From contig CM120642.1 of assembly GCA_051362555.1 (NCBI GenBank), positions 1,984,001-2,048,000 of the forward strand: a stretch of DNA of 64,000 nucleotides, given 5' to 3'. Both the position numbers and the translations under genes were made by a program. The stretch comes from Lingula anatina. Taxonomy: Eukaryota > Animalia > Brachiopoda. The number at the start of each line of letters is the position of its first letter. Positions within the stretch are counted from its first letter, which is position 1. Below the pieces are notes generated by a model. That model was not told where the DNA came from. It searched no databases and worked only from the letters and a program-made list of their open reading frames with translations. This document shows, piece after piece, positions 11,182-22,918 of this stretch.

Positions 11182-14100
11182 TTAGACGTCGCCGTTTGTG
11201 TCTGCGACAATGGGGAAATTTGTATAAACAGCATCATTGCCATTTGTACCTTGAAACATGGGGTTATCGTAAGTGACGTCATTGATGTCAACGGATTCTG
11301 ATTGTGATGACGCTTGTTCGTGTTGTGAGTCGGGAGATGCCGTATTATTGACCAATCCCTGGTAACAAGGGTCACTTTGTCTTCTTAGTCTTTCGTAATT
11401 CATACCGCCTTCTACCGCAACGGTATCGTAGTAAGTCCCGTTAATGTTGTCGGCATGGTCAACAGAGGCTTTGGTGGTGTGTTTCCAAGGTTTCCTTGAA
11501 ACAAAATTTTAACATCGTTTAAATCTGTATAAACCAAATAAACGTTAAGTAAGCATAGCAGTTGAAAGCCATCTACGAATTTGACATTCTATACAACACA
11601 TTTCGACGCTGTTCCAAGGGATTGTTTGAATATTAAATCCAAAAATGCCTTAAAGGTACGAAATTAGGATGAGGCAGAGTTCTATTAAAAACCAAAACAC
11701 TAACCTTTTATGCTTAGGAGTTTAAATAATAATGATGCATTCACTAAGGGCTGATTACTGTAATTATACAACGTACAGGTATATCACAAAGGTACTTGCT
11801 TACTTCCTACAAAGAACGACGCCGGCAATAATTAAAATGGTCACTATTGAACATCCGCCAAGTGTTACTTCTACTATTAAAGCTGAAATAGATAGTTAAT
11901 TTATTTCATTTCATGTATTGGGGGGGGGGGGGGGGGGGTCCTTGGTATACTGAATAGCCAATAGAAAGGTCTGGAAATGCTTGAAACAACGTCATTTTTT
12001 ATTCATCGTTTTAATGTAAAAGCAAAATTTAATGGGAGGTATGATGCACTTTTTGTAATATTACCTGTCACTGCTGGATTGCCTGTGACAATCTTGGTGG
12101 AAGGCTCACTTGGCATAGTGGCAGCTATAAAGTATATAGGTACAAAGTAGTTAAAACTAGGTTTGCCGAATCACTCTGGGAAGTGAAATTCCCCAAATTT
12201 TCTAAATCGTCAGAGACAATATAATTAGATTAGATATTCTTAAGACTTGTAACGACAGAGTGAGGCAACGTGGACTAAGTCAACGTTTCTAGTCAACAGA
12301 ACAACGGGAGTGATATTAATAATAAAAAATCCGTCGCATTCGTAATTCGGGGTAACTGATCAACAGCAAAACGCGCTGTCCATCTTTTTGTATATATATT
12401 TTAGATTTCAGTTTTGTTTCATTCCTCAGAATGCATTTTTCGCATTTTATCTCAGAATTTAGATAAGTTTAAATTGCAGGATAATGACCTACCTAGTGGA
12501 TATTCACAGATATATGGCAGTGTCTCGCTGCAATCTTTCATCACCCAACTTCTGGTGACGTCACTTGCAGCTCCTTCCAGTGCAAGACACGACAGTCCTC
12601 CGTGATATTTTTTGTTCATCATTTTAATGTAAAAAAAATTAATTAAAAGTATGATGCACATTCCAATATCTTCATGTATTTTTGTAATATTACCTGTCAC
12701 TGGAGGATTGACTATAGCAATCGTGGTGGAAGGCCCACTTGGCATAGTGGCAGCTATATAAAGTAAAATGATTCAAATTAGGTAAAACGCGATTTGCTTA
12801 CTCACTGCGGGAATTGTCAGAGACAACACTATTATATGAGCTACTCTTTAGGCCTGGAACGACAAAGACAGAGTAAGGCAATGTGGATTTTGTCAACATT
12901 TCATTCACAAAACAACAACAGTGATAATAATAAAATTCTCCTTCTGCACCATACTTTGTTACTATTACTTTATCGGTATTAGTGGTGGCTGTATCTCAAT
13001 ATAACATTTAAGATCAAGGTCTACCTTGTACGTGTTTGAACGTGTGGGTAGATTGAAAAGTAATTAAACGTTAAAGTTTATTAATATCCTTCAATCTATA
13101 TTCCGTTGCATTAGTAATTCGGGATAATTGATCAACAGCAAAAAACGCCCTGTCCACCCTTTCGGCTATATTTCAGGATTTATTTTATTACCCAGAATGC
13201 ATTTTCAATTGTATCTGAGAATTTAGATAAGTTTGAATTGCAGGATAATGACCTACCTAGTGGAAATTCACAGATATACGGCAGTGTCTCACTGCAATCT
13301 TTCATCAACCAGCTTCTGGTGACGTCACTTGCATTCCCTTCCAGTGCAAGACACGCTGGTCCTCTGTGATGTGGTGGATACATGATTGGTCTCCAAAACA
13401 TCAGGTTAATGGGGTCATCTGTTGTAATAGCATAAACATTTATACAATTATATATTTCATCTTTATTTAGAATGTTAAAATGTGGATGAGACTCACTGGC
13501 GATCATCTTGAATTACATGTGTAAGTGAAAATATAAAGCCATTGTAACACTGGACTTACGACCGCTTGGAAAAGTTTTTCTGCCCCTCTTGCTTTATTCA
13601 AAGGTGGGGGCTTAAACACGATTTAATAATTGATTTCAAATTCATACATCATGTATATGAACTTTAGATATATTTAATATTAGACACGTCTATTAGACAT
13701 ACACCAAAGTAAACTAATAAACAATTATCTACAAGAAAACAGAAAATGGCCAGAAAATATTCATCTTCAATATTCTCACTGCTAGCCTACATAAATACGC
13801 TTCCCTTACCGTCCACCCATCTCCATACACTGTGAACCAATCCGATCCAATAATACCGCGGTCCACTGTTATTGTTTAGCTTATTTTCCAATTTGTTCTG
13901 CACTGTGTCGTTGTCTATCTTAATAAGTTTTCCTCCAGTTTCTCTGCATAACCTATGACCTTCAAACCAGGTGACTGTTTCAGATGGAACACTGATGAAA
14001 ATACATGCCTCGTCCTTTATGTCTGTCCACCTGCTGTTGTTCTGAACCCAGTGGAAACTGTGATTACCTTTGCACACTTGGCTTTCTGGTCTGGAAATGT

Positions 14101-15168
14101 AGCTATAATTAACACATGATATGTACACATCACATAAAAGAAAATATTTTTGTTTAACTATTTTTGCTCGTATACGTAATATTAAAGGATCATTACACAC
14201 GTTTCGATTATTATGCTGGATATTTTAGAAATCAGATCTATCAGCGACTCGAAATTAAAATTGGATAATTTCATTTTTCATGAATTAAATAGGTCCTATG
14301 TCACAGTGGCAGATTTACCTGCTTCACAAATAACACCAGATTCCTGTTTCTGCAAGTAGTCTTTGTCCACCCATGGAAACGTGTCTATAGCTACGAAGTT
14401 ACCCGCCCTCATTAGAGCTACTGCAGGCTGGTACTTAAATCCATTATTGGTATCTGGTTGTTGTCCTATATTAGGAGATGTCTGTGGGCCGCTCCAGTGT
14501 GTATATGTTGTTGCTGAAAAAGAGATGTAAATGTATAGACTGGTGATTGCGAGCAAAAAGTCAAAACCAAAGAAAGAGTGCGTAATGGAGAAAAAGTTTG
14601 GTGGATTTCGTAAAAATATTTTACTATACATACCAGTTAACGCACCCTCCTGGTCTATCCACATCCAGTCTGTTAAATTCACCTCCTTGCCACCCAACCA
14701 AACCTCTGATGATGTCAGTTTATGCAGAAATATTTGGGTGTTATTGTCCTTAACCACAGCCAGTCTACCGTTGCAAGTATTCTTACAATGTTCCATGGCG
14801 CTCTGCCACATCATTGCTTCAGTGTTCACATAGTAACATGTACCGTTACGACAACCTGAAAGATATCACGTTTACACAGATATACAGCGTTACTGCACCA
14901 GGTACCTCAAAACTAAGTTAATACTATCTATCTCTATTTATTGCCATGTTTACAGAACACCTGTTTTAGGACACAATTTTATTTAGGGCACTGTCTTAGC
15001 AAGGAGAAGGCGTGTGAAGGAGCTAGAAACTACTGCTATTGTGCTGTACTTACTGCTTCTTGCTACATTACAACTGTTTACACTTTCCAGGAGTAGCATT
15101 GCTATCAGCAGCACAGGCAACGTTGTCATTGTATAGCCAGTAGTGTTACACAAAGTTACTCCTGCCAT
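11182..15168 (-). pseudogene. C-type lectin receptor paralogue C, disrupted (pseudogene, or secreted single-CTLD form)
   Basis: Exons 15168-15054, 14855-14634, 14513-14319 intact. Exon 4 (14090-13810) is 281 nt versus 282 in A and B (GGCTTTCTGG vs GGCTTTTCTGG), a frameshift. Then 13418-13257, 12753-12694, duplicated 12124-12065, TM 11882-11804, micro-exon 11712-11705. The last exon from 11524 is 1 nt short and has an in-frame TAA. Confidence 0.75.
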
Positions 15169-15326
15169 GTTGAGTTCGGCTAAATCAGAGTCACGGTATT
15201 CATGATTTTTTCTTCCGCCTCCAAAGAATGACTCACCTGAATCAGAATAAAGATCAAGCACTGGGTACTTTTTTTTCTCTTTTATTTGCTTTGGTGGTAA
15301 AAAACGTAACAAACCAATTCTACGTA

Positions 15327-15613
15327 CAGGGGCGGATCAGGATCATTTGAAGGGTTCCGCGGATGCGAAGCCCCCCCCCCCTCCACACACACACACACAG
15401 ACACACACACAAACACACACACTTGGCGTGGGGTTCGGGCCCCGCTGAATGGCCCCGAAAATGTGTGGTATTTTGGAAGGCGAACGGTGTAATTTGGTAC
15501 GGTTTAGAACTATGATTCAGCTATTCAAATTCTAATTACAAGAGAGGACCAGAAATCGAAGGGGGGGGGGGGGGGTTCAGGACTCCTCTGACTCCCCTCT
15601 TAATCCGCCACTG
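15327..15613. mobile_element. MITE of the same CAGGGGCGGAT type, upstream of gene C
   Basis: CAGGGGCGGATCAGG...TAATCCGCCACTG flanked by TACGTA on both sides; internal C/G runs and (CA)n. Confidence 0.7.
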
Positions 15614-16611
15614 TACGTACTTCCGCTAAGGGCATCACAGTACACTTCCTTTCATGTTTAACGAGGACAGAAGGTGACACTAATAAAAGTACTAGTATTG
15701 CTTCAACAATGAAAACCAAATCGTATTCATCTTAATTTTGGACAGAAGCATGATTATCTTTGGTAATAGCTTATTAAAATCTGTAAAAGTCTACAATTTG
15801 AACATTGAAGCTTACTTTTGGACTCTCTCTCTCTTTTCTCTCTCTAACTGCCATACATGCTCACACTCACACACACACACACACACACACGAATCGCAAA
15901 CATGATCAATTGATTTTTTAATGTCGCCCGAAACAATGAATGCCATCCTTTATCCTGGCGCGTAGATACTTCACCTATGTCCTATATGACTCGTGTTTAA
16001 TGTACCCTCTACCAGGGCGGCTGATAGATTTTTACAGATATTCAGAGATATGTCTCTAGCAAGATAGATGGTCATTTTGACTTTAGCCGTTACGAGGGGA
16101 ATCTTTAACCTTAACATCCAGACGTCATTGTAATCATTTTGACATTTTACTCGTTAACAGTAATATTGTTCATTTCCAATTGGCATTTCATCATCCTCCC
16201 TTTAATAGCAGTAAATGTTGCTTAATCACAGCCCAAGTCAGATTCGATAGAGTAATCAGTTAACATAATTTGTTGGAAGCAATTTCACTGCTGTTTTGTT
16301 CTTCCTAAAAACGACCGTTTCCGAATAGGATTATTGTCGAGTTTTTTTTTTTTTTTTTTTTTTTGGGGGGGGGGGGGGGGTGGGGGGTGGAGGGGGGCAA
16401 AGAGTGCGCTTGGGGTTGATGCCGAACGACTACAGTTAAAAAGTAAGTTCGATGAAAATGTCTAGAATAGGTACTCTATAACGTAACCACTTTGCCTTCA
16501 AATTCTTTAATTACGATCTGCTACAGAATCATAATATATGATTAAATTGGATTTAAATGACAACTTTCGTCTCTCAAACTGAAGTTCTGTTTCGTGTATA
16601 AAGTGTATATC

Positions 16612-18245
16612 TTAACGAGACTGGTGGGGCAGCTGCATGAAGTTGGACAGTCCGGGAACAATTTTGACCAATAATTCCCAAACGCTCACAATGATTCCTT
16701 GTTTAACGCAGAGGGAGAGCGTCTTGAAAAGTTGAAGGGTGTCAGAAGCTCTGAAATGAAAACAATTAAATGAAATTCTCCGTGTAAGCATTTTTTGTAT
16801 AATATATAAACCTTTGTCAAACTTGAGGCATTACCAAACAATTGTCATGTTGGTCTAAGTCAACGTATCGATACATTACTAGCATTCACATTCTATTTTA
16901 TTATGGTTGCAGCAGTGAGAGGCAATACAAACAAGTGTGGGTCGCTTGAACACGCACTTGTACAATTACATACAATCAAAGATAATTGGGGGATAATTTG
17001 TAGATAAACATGAGCTTACAGCGAACGTTTTCGACTTACGTACCCATATACGTGTCTCATGGCGCTGATTGCGTTAGTCTTCACGGCAGTGCAGAAACCA
17101 TAATTCAGATTACATTTCGGGTGTTCCTTCTCACCAAACTGCTCCAATGCAAAACACTGGTTGGTATCAGCGTTGTATTTGGGGAGAAATTTCCGCATCA
17201 AACACTTGATTGATTCGTTGACAAACCTTTTCCCCTGTGCAATAAAAGAATATACACACAAACACATGAAGAAGAGACAGTTTTATTTCATTAAAAAGTA
17301 GGCCTTATTTTTTAAAAACATTTAATGTGTTGAAATTTCTCATAAATGAAAATGTACAATGTTTGGCAAAAGTGTATATTAGAACAACAGTTTTTAAACA
17401 AAGCATACATTCATGTTTTGCAGATGTAATGCAACAGAGACAATTAAGATTTACATTTACCTGCAAATCATGAAAAAAATCAGTAGTGTTAAAATTTCTA
17501 AAATTTTGCTAAGAATAGAAATTAATAAACTATGAGACAAAAGCATTAATCACTACACGCTTGAGACTGGTGGGACATGATTATAAGATACTTTTGCAAT
17601 CATTTATAATCCAAACCTCATCATCAAATTTGGCGTAGTTCTGTCGTAAGTTTTCACAGTATCTCTTAGCGCTCTTCTCCTGGAAATTATGTGACCCACT
17701 GCAGCGCCATCTATCTATAAAACAGTTCCAGTACTCGCAGATGCCTTCCTTGGCCATCTGCTTACACTCGTCCGAAACATCTTGAAGGAATTCAAAAAAT
17801 GATTTAGAATGAATTTGAACGTACTTAGGTATTATACAAATTCTTCACCTCAGGATTTCCTAATTCTTTTTGTACAATCTGAAATCCCACTAACATTTAA
17901 ATGGAATACAATCCTAAAAAAATTGCAAAGGCGGAAATCCAAATGCACAGTTCTCTTTTATTTATTTATTTATTTATTTATTTATTACCACCTCAAGGAT
18001 GACAGATGTAAAAAGTACTTACATGTACATAGAATCATACACACAAAACATATTAGAAACTCATAATCAAATCGTTTTAATATACAAAATAAGATTGACG
18101 GATGCTTAAATGCACGCATGAGCGTTCAAGATTGTGTACCTTCGGCCGGTAGGATGTCCGGACTTGGTCCGAAGAGAAAATGACCATTCACTTCACTGAA
18201 GGCGATTGAAAACAAACACAGGAGTAGCAGGTACTTGGAAGTCAT
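16612..18245 (-). CDS. STC: Stanniocalcin-family secreted protein (199 aa, 4 exons)
   Basis: Exons 18245-18140 (signal peptide MTSKYLLLLCLFSIAFSEVNG), 17780-17617, 17234-17044, 16750-16612 = 600 nt open frame. AKFDDE|GKRFVNESIKC matches stanniocalcin AKFDTQ|GKAFVKESLKC (recalled). Ten mature Cys in stanniocalcin spacing. Confidence 0.85.
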
Positions 18246-19452
18246 CTTTGCTGTATTTGTACTGATGCCGGTTCTGACTATGTACAGTGCCGTTAACTAA
18301 AACCTATTATATCAGCGTGTAAAACATAAACGGATGTTTCTAAGCCAATCTAGGTACCCCGGTAATTGCACTCACTTCTACTAAATCAATACCCGTCATT
18401 ATATAATCCATAAGCCAATTACTTACTACCGCGAGCTTCATGCTTTGACGCGTTTAGTGCTTGCTATAGACGCTGCACTTATCTTCTACGTCAAATAAAC
18501 AAACACGGTACTAAATATCAACGTAATATATTGCAGGCCGAGGCAATTATACTGTGTCCTAATTTCAGTGTCTTAACATCATGACCCCTATTTCAACCAT
18601 TTTACTTGAATTGAAAATACAGGGAATACAAGTAACCATACATTTGGCTTAGTCAAATGAAGCAAAGACTGGTAGAGCTATTTAAGTTATTATTAATAGT
18701 TGATGGGTGTTATCGAATTGTTAACAAATTTATGTGTATTATTGGCTTTGGAACTCAATGTTGATAGTTTGGTGGTCGATAATTCCTGTAAAATTCAAAG
18801 AGACACCTGAACAATTTGCTGATCGAAATCTGCATACAAATTCGATATAAAAATTAGAGACTATGGTTAAAGTTTTTTAATTCTAATAATAACGATGCTA
18901 TACCAATACTTATGCCAGCTGTTGAAAAAAAACATTGTGACCTTTGATGACGCATTCTTGTTGACAGAACATGAATACAGTTAAGACTCAGTTAATGAAC
19001 CAAGCATTAATTTTGCGTAAGATATATCAGTTAATAACGGATTAGATGCACACACTTTAGGTGGTCCCCAGTAAGTTATGTTGATATTTTTAGATCAATT
19101 GCACTTAGCTTTTTCTTTATTCTCTTTATGTCTTCCCTTTTATTGGCCCGTGTTCATTTGATTATTAAGAAGGGCGTGTATGAATTACTTAATCTCTGAT
19201 TGATGTGTGCTTGTAATGTCAACAATAGAATCAGGTTTGTCAATGGATATTCATGTCGGTGTATTGAATACATTGATTAGTTCTCCAAGAACGCACATAA
19301 ATTGGTTAATTATTTATTTACCATTCTAAAGGATGTTGACAAAGACTCCCCATTGTAGAAAAGTGGATGAATTTGTTCTCTTACTTAGCTTGGCATTATT
19401 TAAGCACACATGTCCCATGAACAAGCACAGTTTGAGGAAAACATCCGACAAT

Positions 19453-22400
19453 ATGTGTAGAGTGCTCTTTGCAGTTTTCTGTGTTTTGGTTTGCCTATCT
19501 TTCAATGTCCACGCGGCAACCGTCACACTTTGTGGCGGCAATGTAGTAGATGTCCAGGCAACGGGAATTCAACAAGTTTTTACAAATTACTCAACCTTGA
19601 CGACGGTTTTGGACAGCGTAGACGCGCGGTCCAATTTGGAATGTATCACTAAATGTTCCCAGAATGGTCACTGCGCTGCGGTTGTATTCAGAGAGAGAGA
19701 CCAGAGCTGTGACCTGTTAGATAGTCAGCAGGACGTCACCCAATACTCGTCATCTGAGAAAACAGGAATATTGGTCTCCAATGTGGACATCGTGCTGGTG
19801 AGTGACCACATAAAAGTTCCCCGTGTGTTGTCATCGGAAAAGATCGTGCCTGTTTGTAGTGATTTTGTCTTAATCTTAGTGATCACAGCAAAGGCGCTTC
19901 TGTTTGCTATTTAAATAGTTGCAAAAACGTAAAAGGTAATTTCTCATTTTTATTTTCATTATTAACGACGCTTGATGTAGTGGTACATGTATTCTTGGTG
20001 TAATGATATAATTGGATGTGTTATGTTTGAGTCATTTCTTTAAAAACTTCACGTGAATAATGATGACGGAAAGAAGTACATCAAATTATTTCAAGTAACA
20101 GTAGGCATTTTTCTGTAAAGATTCGGTGCAATATTTCATCGTGTGGTTTAAATAGCTTTTTAAATTTAATTTGATTGAACAACATTGAGGTCATGTGTCT
20201 ACCTTTGTAGTTGGAAAGAGACAAATTTTCACAACCCTTTTTGCTTGTCTTTATTTTAACTGTTTTTGCTGTTCGTTATGTAACGTACATGTAGACAATT
20301 TTGACTTTTCTGGACTCGGGCTCATGTCACTTCCCTGGGACGGAAAATATATGGGTATGACTTTGTTTTTTAGCGAGACAAAAACCTTGAAATCACAAAG
20401 CCAATGTTACCAGCCGCAAATAATAGATAAAATATGATTACGCTATGGTAATGGGTTAACTTTTTTCCTAAATTCGCGTTTCACAGTACCCCGGTCACGC
20501 AATATCACGATTTCTGGTTTAACTTTTGGTTCCAGTTTTGTTTTTTTTAGTTTGCAAGAGCACATATCACTACGAGTCACAAGGCTCTGCAAATCTCTAT
20601 AAAATTTTTTCACATTTTTTCAATAAAATGTGAGCGCAGGCTTTCCTCCTATGCTCGTCAGTCTCCATCACTTAAAAACATAATGTTCGATCAAAATCTG
20701 AGGTCAAAATCTGAGATACCGCATCTTTCAAATCCTAATGTCAAAAAACAGTAGAGTTACAAATGTATACATGAGTTATGAGCACGAAGAAAATTGTAGG
20801 GGAAGCCAGGAGAATATGTAAAAAAACTTTTTTTTTGGGGGGGGGGGGAGGGGGAGGGGGTACAAAATGATTTAAACACCACAAGATCAAGCAAGCAGTG
20901 CAGATCTACATCGCGTATCTTTATTCTTGCAAAAACCCAGTTCCCAGACCAAGCGAAGTGGAAGTATCACATTATTGATCTGCTCTTTATCAAGTATTCA
21001 TGATGAAAATAACTGACATAATACGAGATTGCATAATAACCCCAATCAGCGAGAACCGATAGATCAGTAAACAAACAATAAACGCTTATCGAATTCTAAT
21101 ATTCTTTGCCATGGCATGCACTATATATATATATATTGAATTAGTTACCTTATTTCGAAACAATTTAAATGAAAGATAATTATGTTTTAAGAAAGCTGGG
21201 TTATACGAGTATTTTGTTTGCCTTAAGACAAAAAATAAATTCTTTCTAAAAATATCGGCCTTTACTTTCACATATCTTGGTGTCTGAAGGACAGCAATGC
21301 ACTCTTCCTTTACCTTCCTAAGAACCACGCGTCATAAAGTAGACAATGCAATTTTATTTTTACAGAAGATACCGGAATTTAGTATTGAAAACGATTCATA
21401 ACATTTTTGTCTGTAGTTCCTAAGCATTAATTGTACTCAGTACTGTGTAGTGTAATATCAATGCTTGTGATTCACAAATGTATTATAACTGAAGTTGATC
21501 AAAAGGTATACATTTCGTTTCAAACCAAAAGCTATTGCAAGGTACACCAAAAAGGTAAAAATTGATTAATAAAAATTAATCATTAAAATGCATTTGGGAC
21601 ACATCCGTCAAAACAAATGAAGGAGAACAAAAAGGAGGAGGGATGCCAAGAATTGATTGGTACTCTTTATATTATTATTCGTGCTCTATGTATAGAGATA
21701 CATGTTTGTCCCTGACATATCTCCGTTAGAATCAATTGTGTCACAATCTGGACATCTTTTATCTCTTATTTAGGCGGAAGGGGTGCCTGCACAGCCAACA
21801 TCCCTGACAAATACATTGGTGAATTGCCGTCAGGTCAAACAGTCGGTTACTGGATCATTACGGGGCCATTCCCAGACCCTATCGAACTAACTGTTGATCG
21901 ATCTGTCCCTAAGGGGATTCTCGCTAAATTGCAATCAACTTTAGCGGCTTAGATGTCTGTCACGCCTACTGAGGCTGCTAGGGGGTAGTTAATTATCGTT
22001 TAGCAGCTTCAGTAGGCAAGCCAGACATCTAAGCCGCGTAAGGTGAAAGCAACTTAGCGAGAAACCCCTTGGAGATGGATCGATCCTGTTAGATCTATCT
22101 AGGTATGGGAACCCAGTCTAAGATCTGTTTGGATCTGAATGGTGTAGTGCGCTGTTACATAGTTATTGAGGGTCGTAGTCGTTTTACCCTGATTTCAGAC
22201 CAACTTTAAAACTTAAATTATCAAAATTGAAAATAAAAAAAAAGATCACGAAATTTGCAGAATTTGGTTCTAACTTAGCTGTTTCTATATATTTCCCGTT
22301 ACAGTCAAACCCGCTCCGCACCGACCAGTCAAGTGGCACTGCCGTGTGTTCAGAATGGCCGTGTACGGATACTTCTCGCTGCCGTGAGGATTGCACCAGC

Positions 22401-22875
22401 GGAGAGGCCGTCTGTTTGGGTGAGAATACTTTTCACCATATTGGGAGGGGATGGGAGTTGTTGCATTTATTCCATGTCAGTAAAGAGTTTGTCGCCTGTT
22501 AGGGAAAACCTGTTGAATCAGGGAATGATAAAGAATTTTTTAAAACTACGATTGTCTTGCATATTGTGGTTTGATTCCTGCTAATCTAAAGTATATTGAA
22601 CAATGTTTTGAAAGTTTCTACCGTAAGTAAGCCCAAGAGGCCCGTTTTTTCCCAGCCTGTGGTATATTCAACATAGTATGTCATAAAATTCAAAATATAG
22701 CAACAAGAGCTAAGTGCTGATAGCCATAATTTGTGAATCTATTAGGAAATACGAAAGATTGTGACGAAGCACCGGTGACCAATATTCATTACGAAGGTTA
22801 TCCGAGCAGCTTTGGAGGCGTAAACGGCGACGGCCCGGTAAGGAATGTTGGGGGGGGGGGGGGGGGGCTGATGTT

Positions 22876-22918
<43 letters not shown>

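Noticed and set aside
19798-19914. Hydrophobic C-terminal extension of the 193-aa ORF, suggesting a membrane-anchored PAN protein
   Set aside because: Read-through past a strong GTGAGT donor; the equivalent region in gene E is not conserved.
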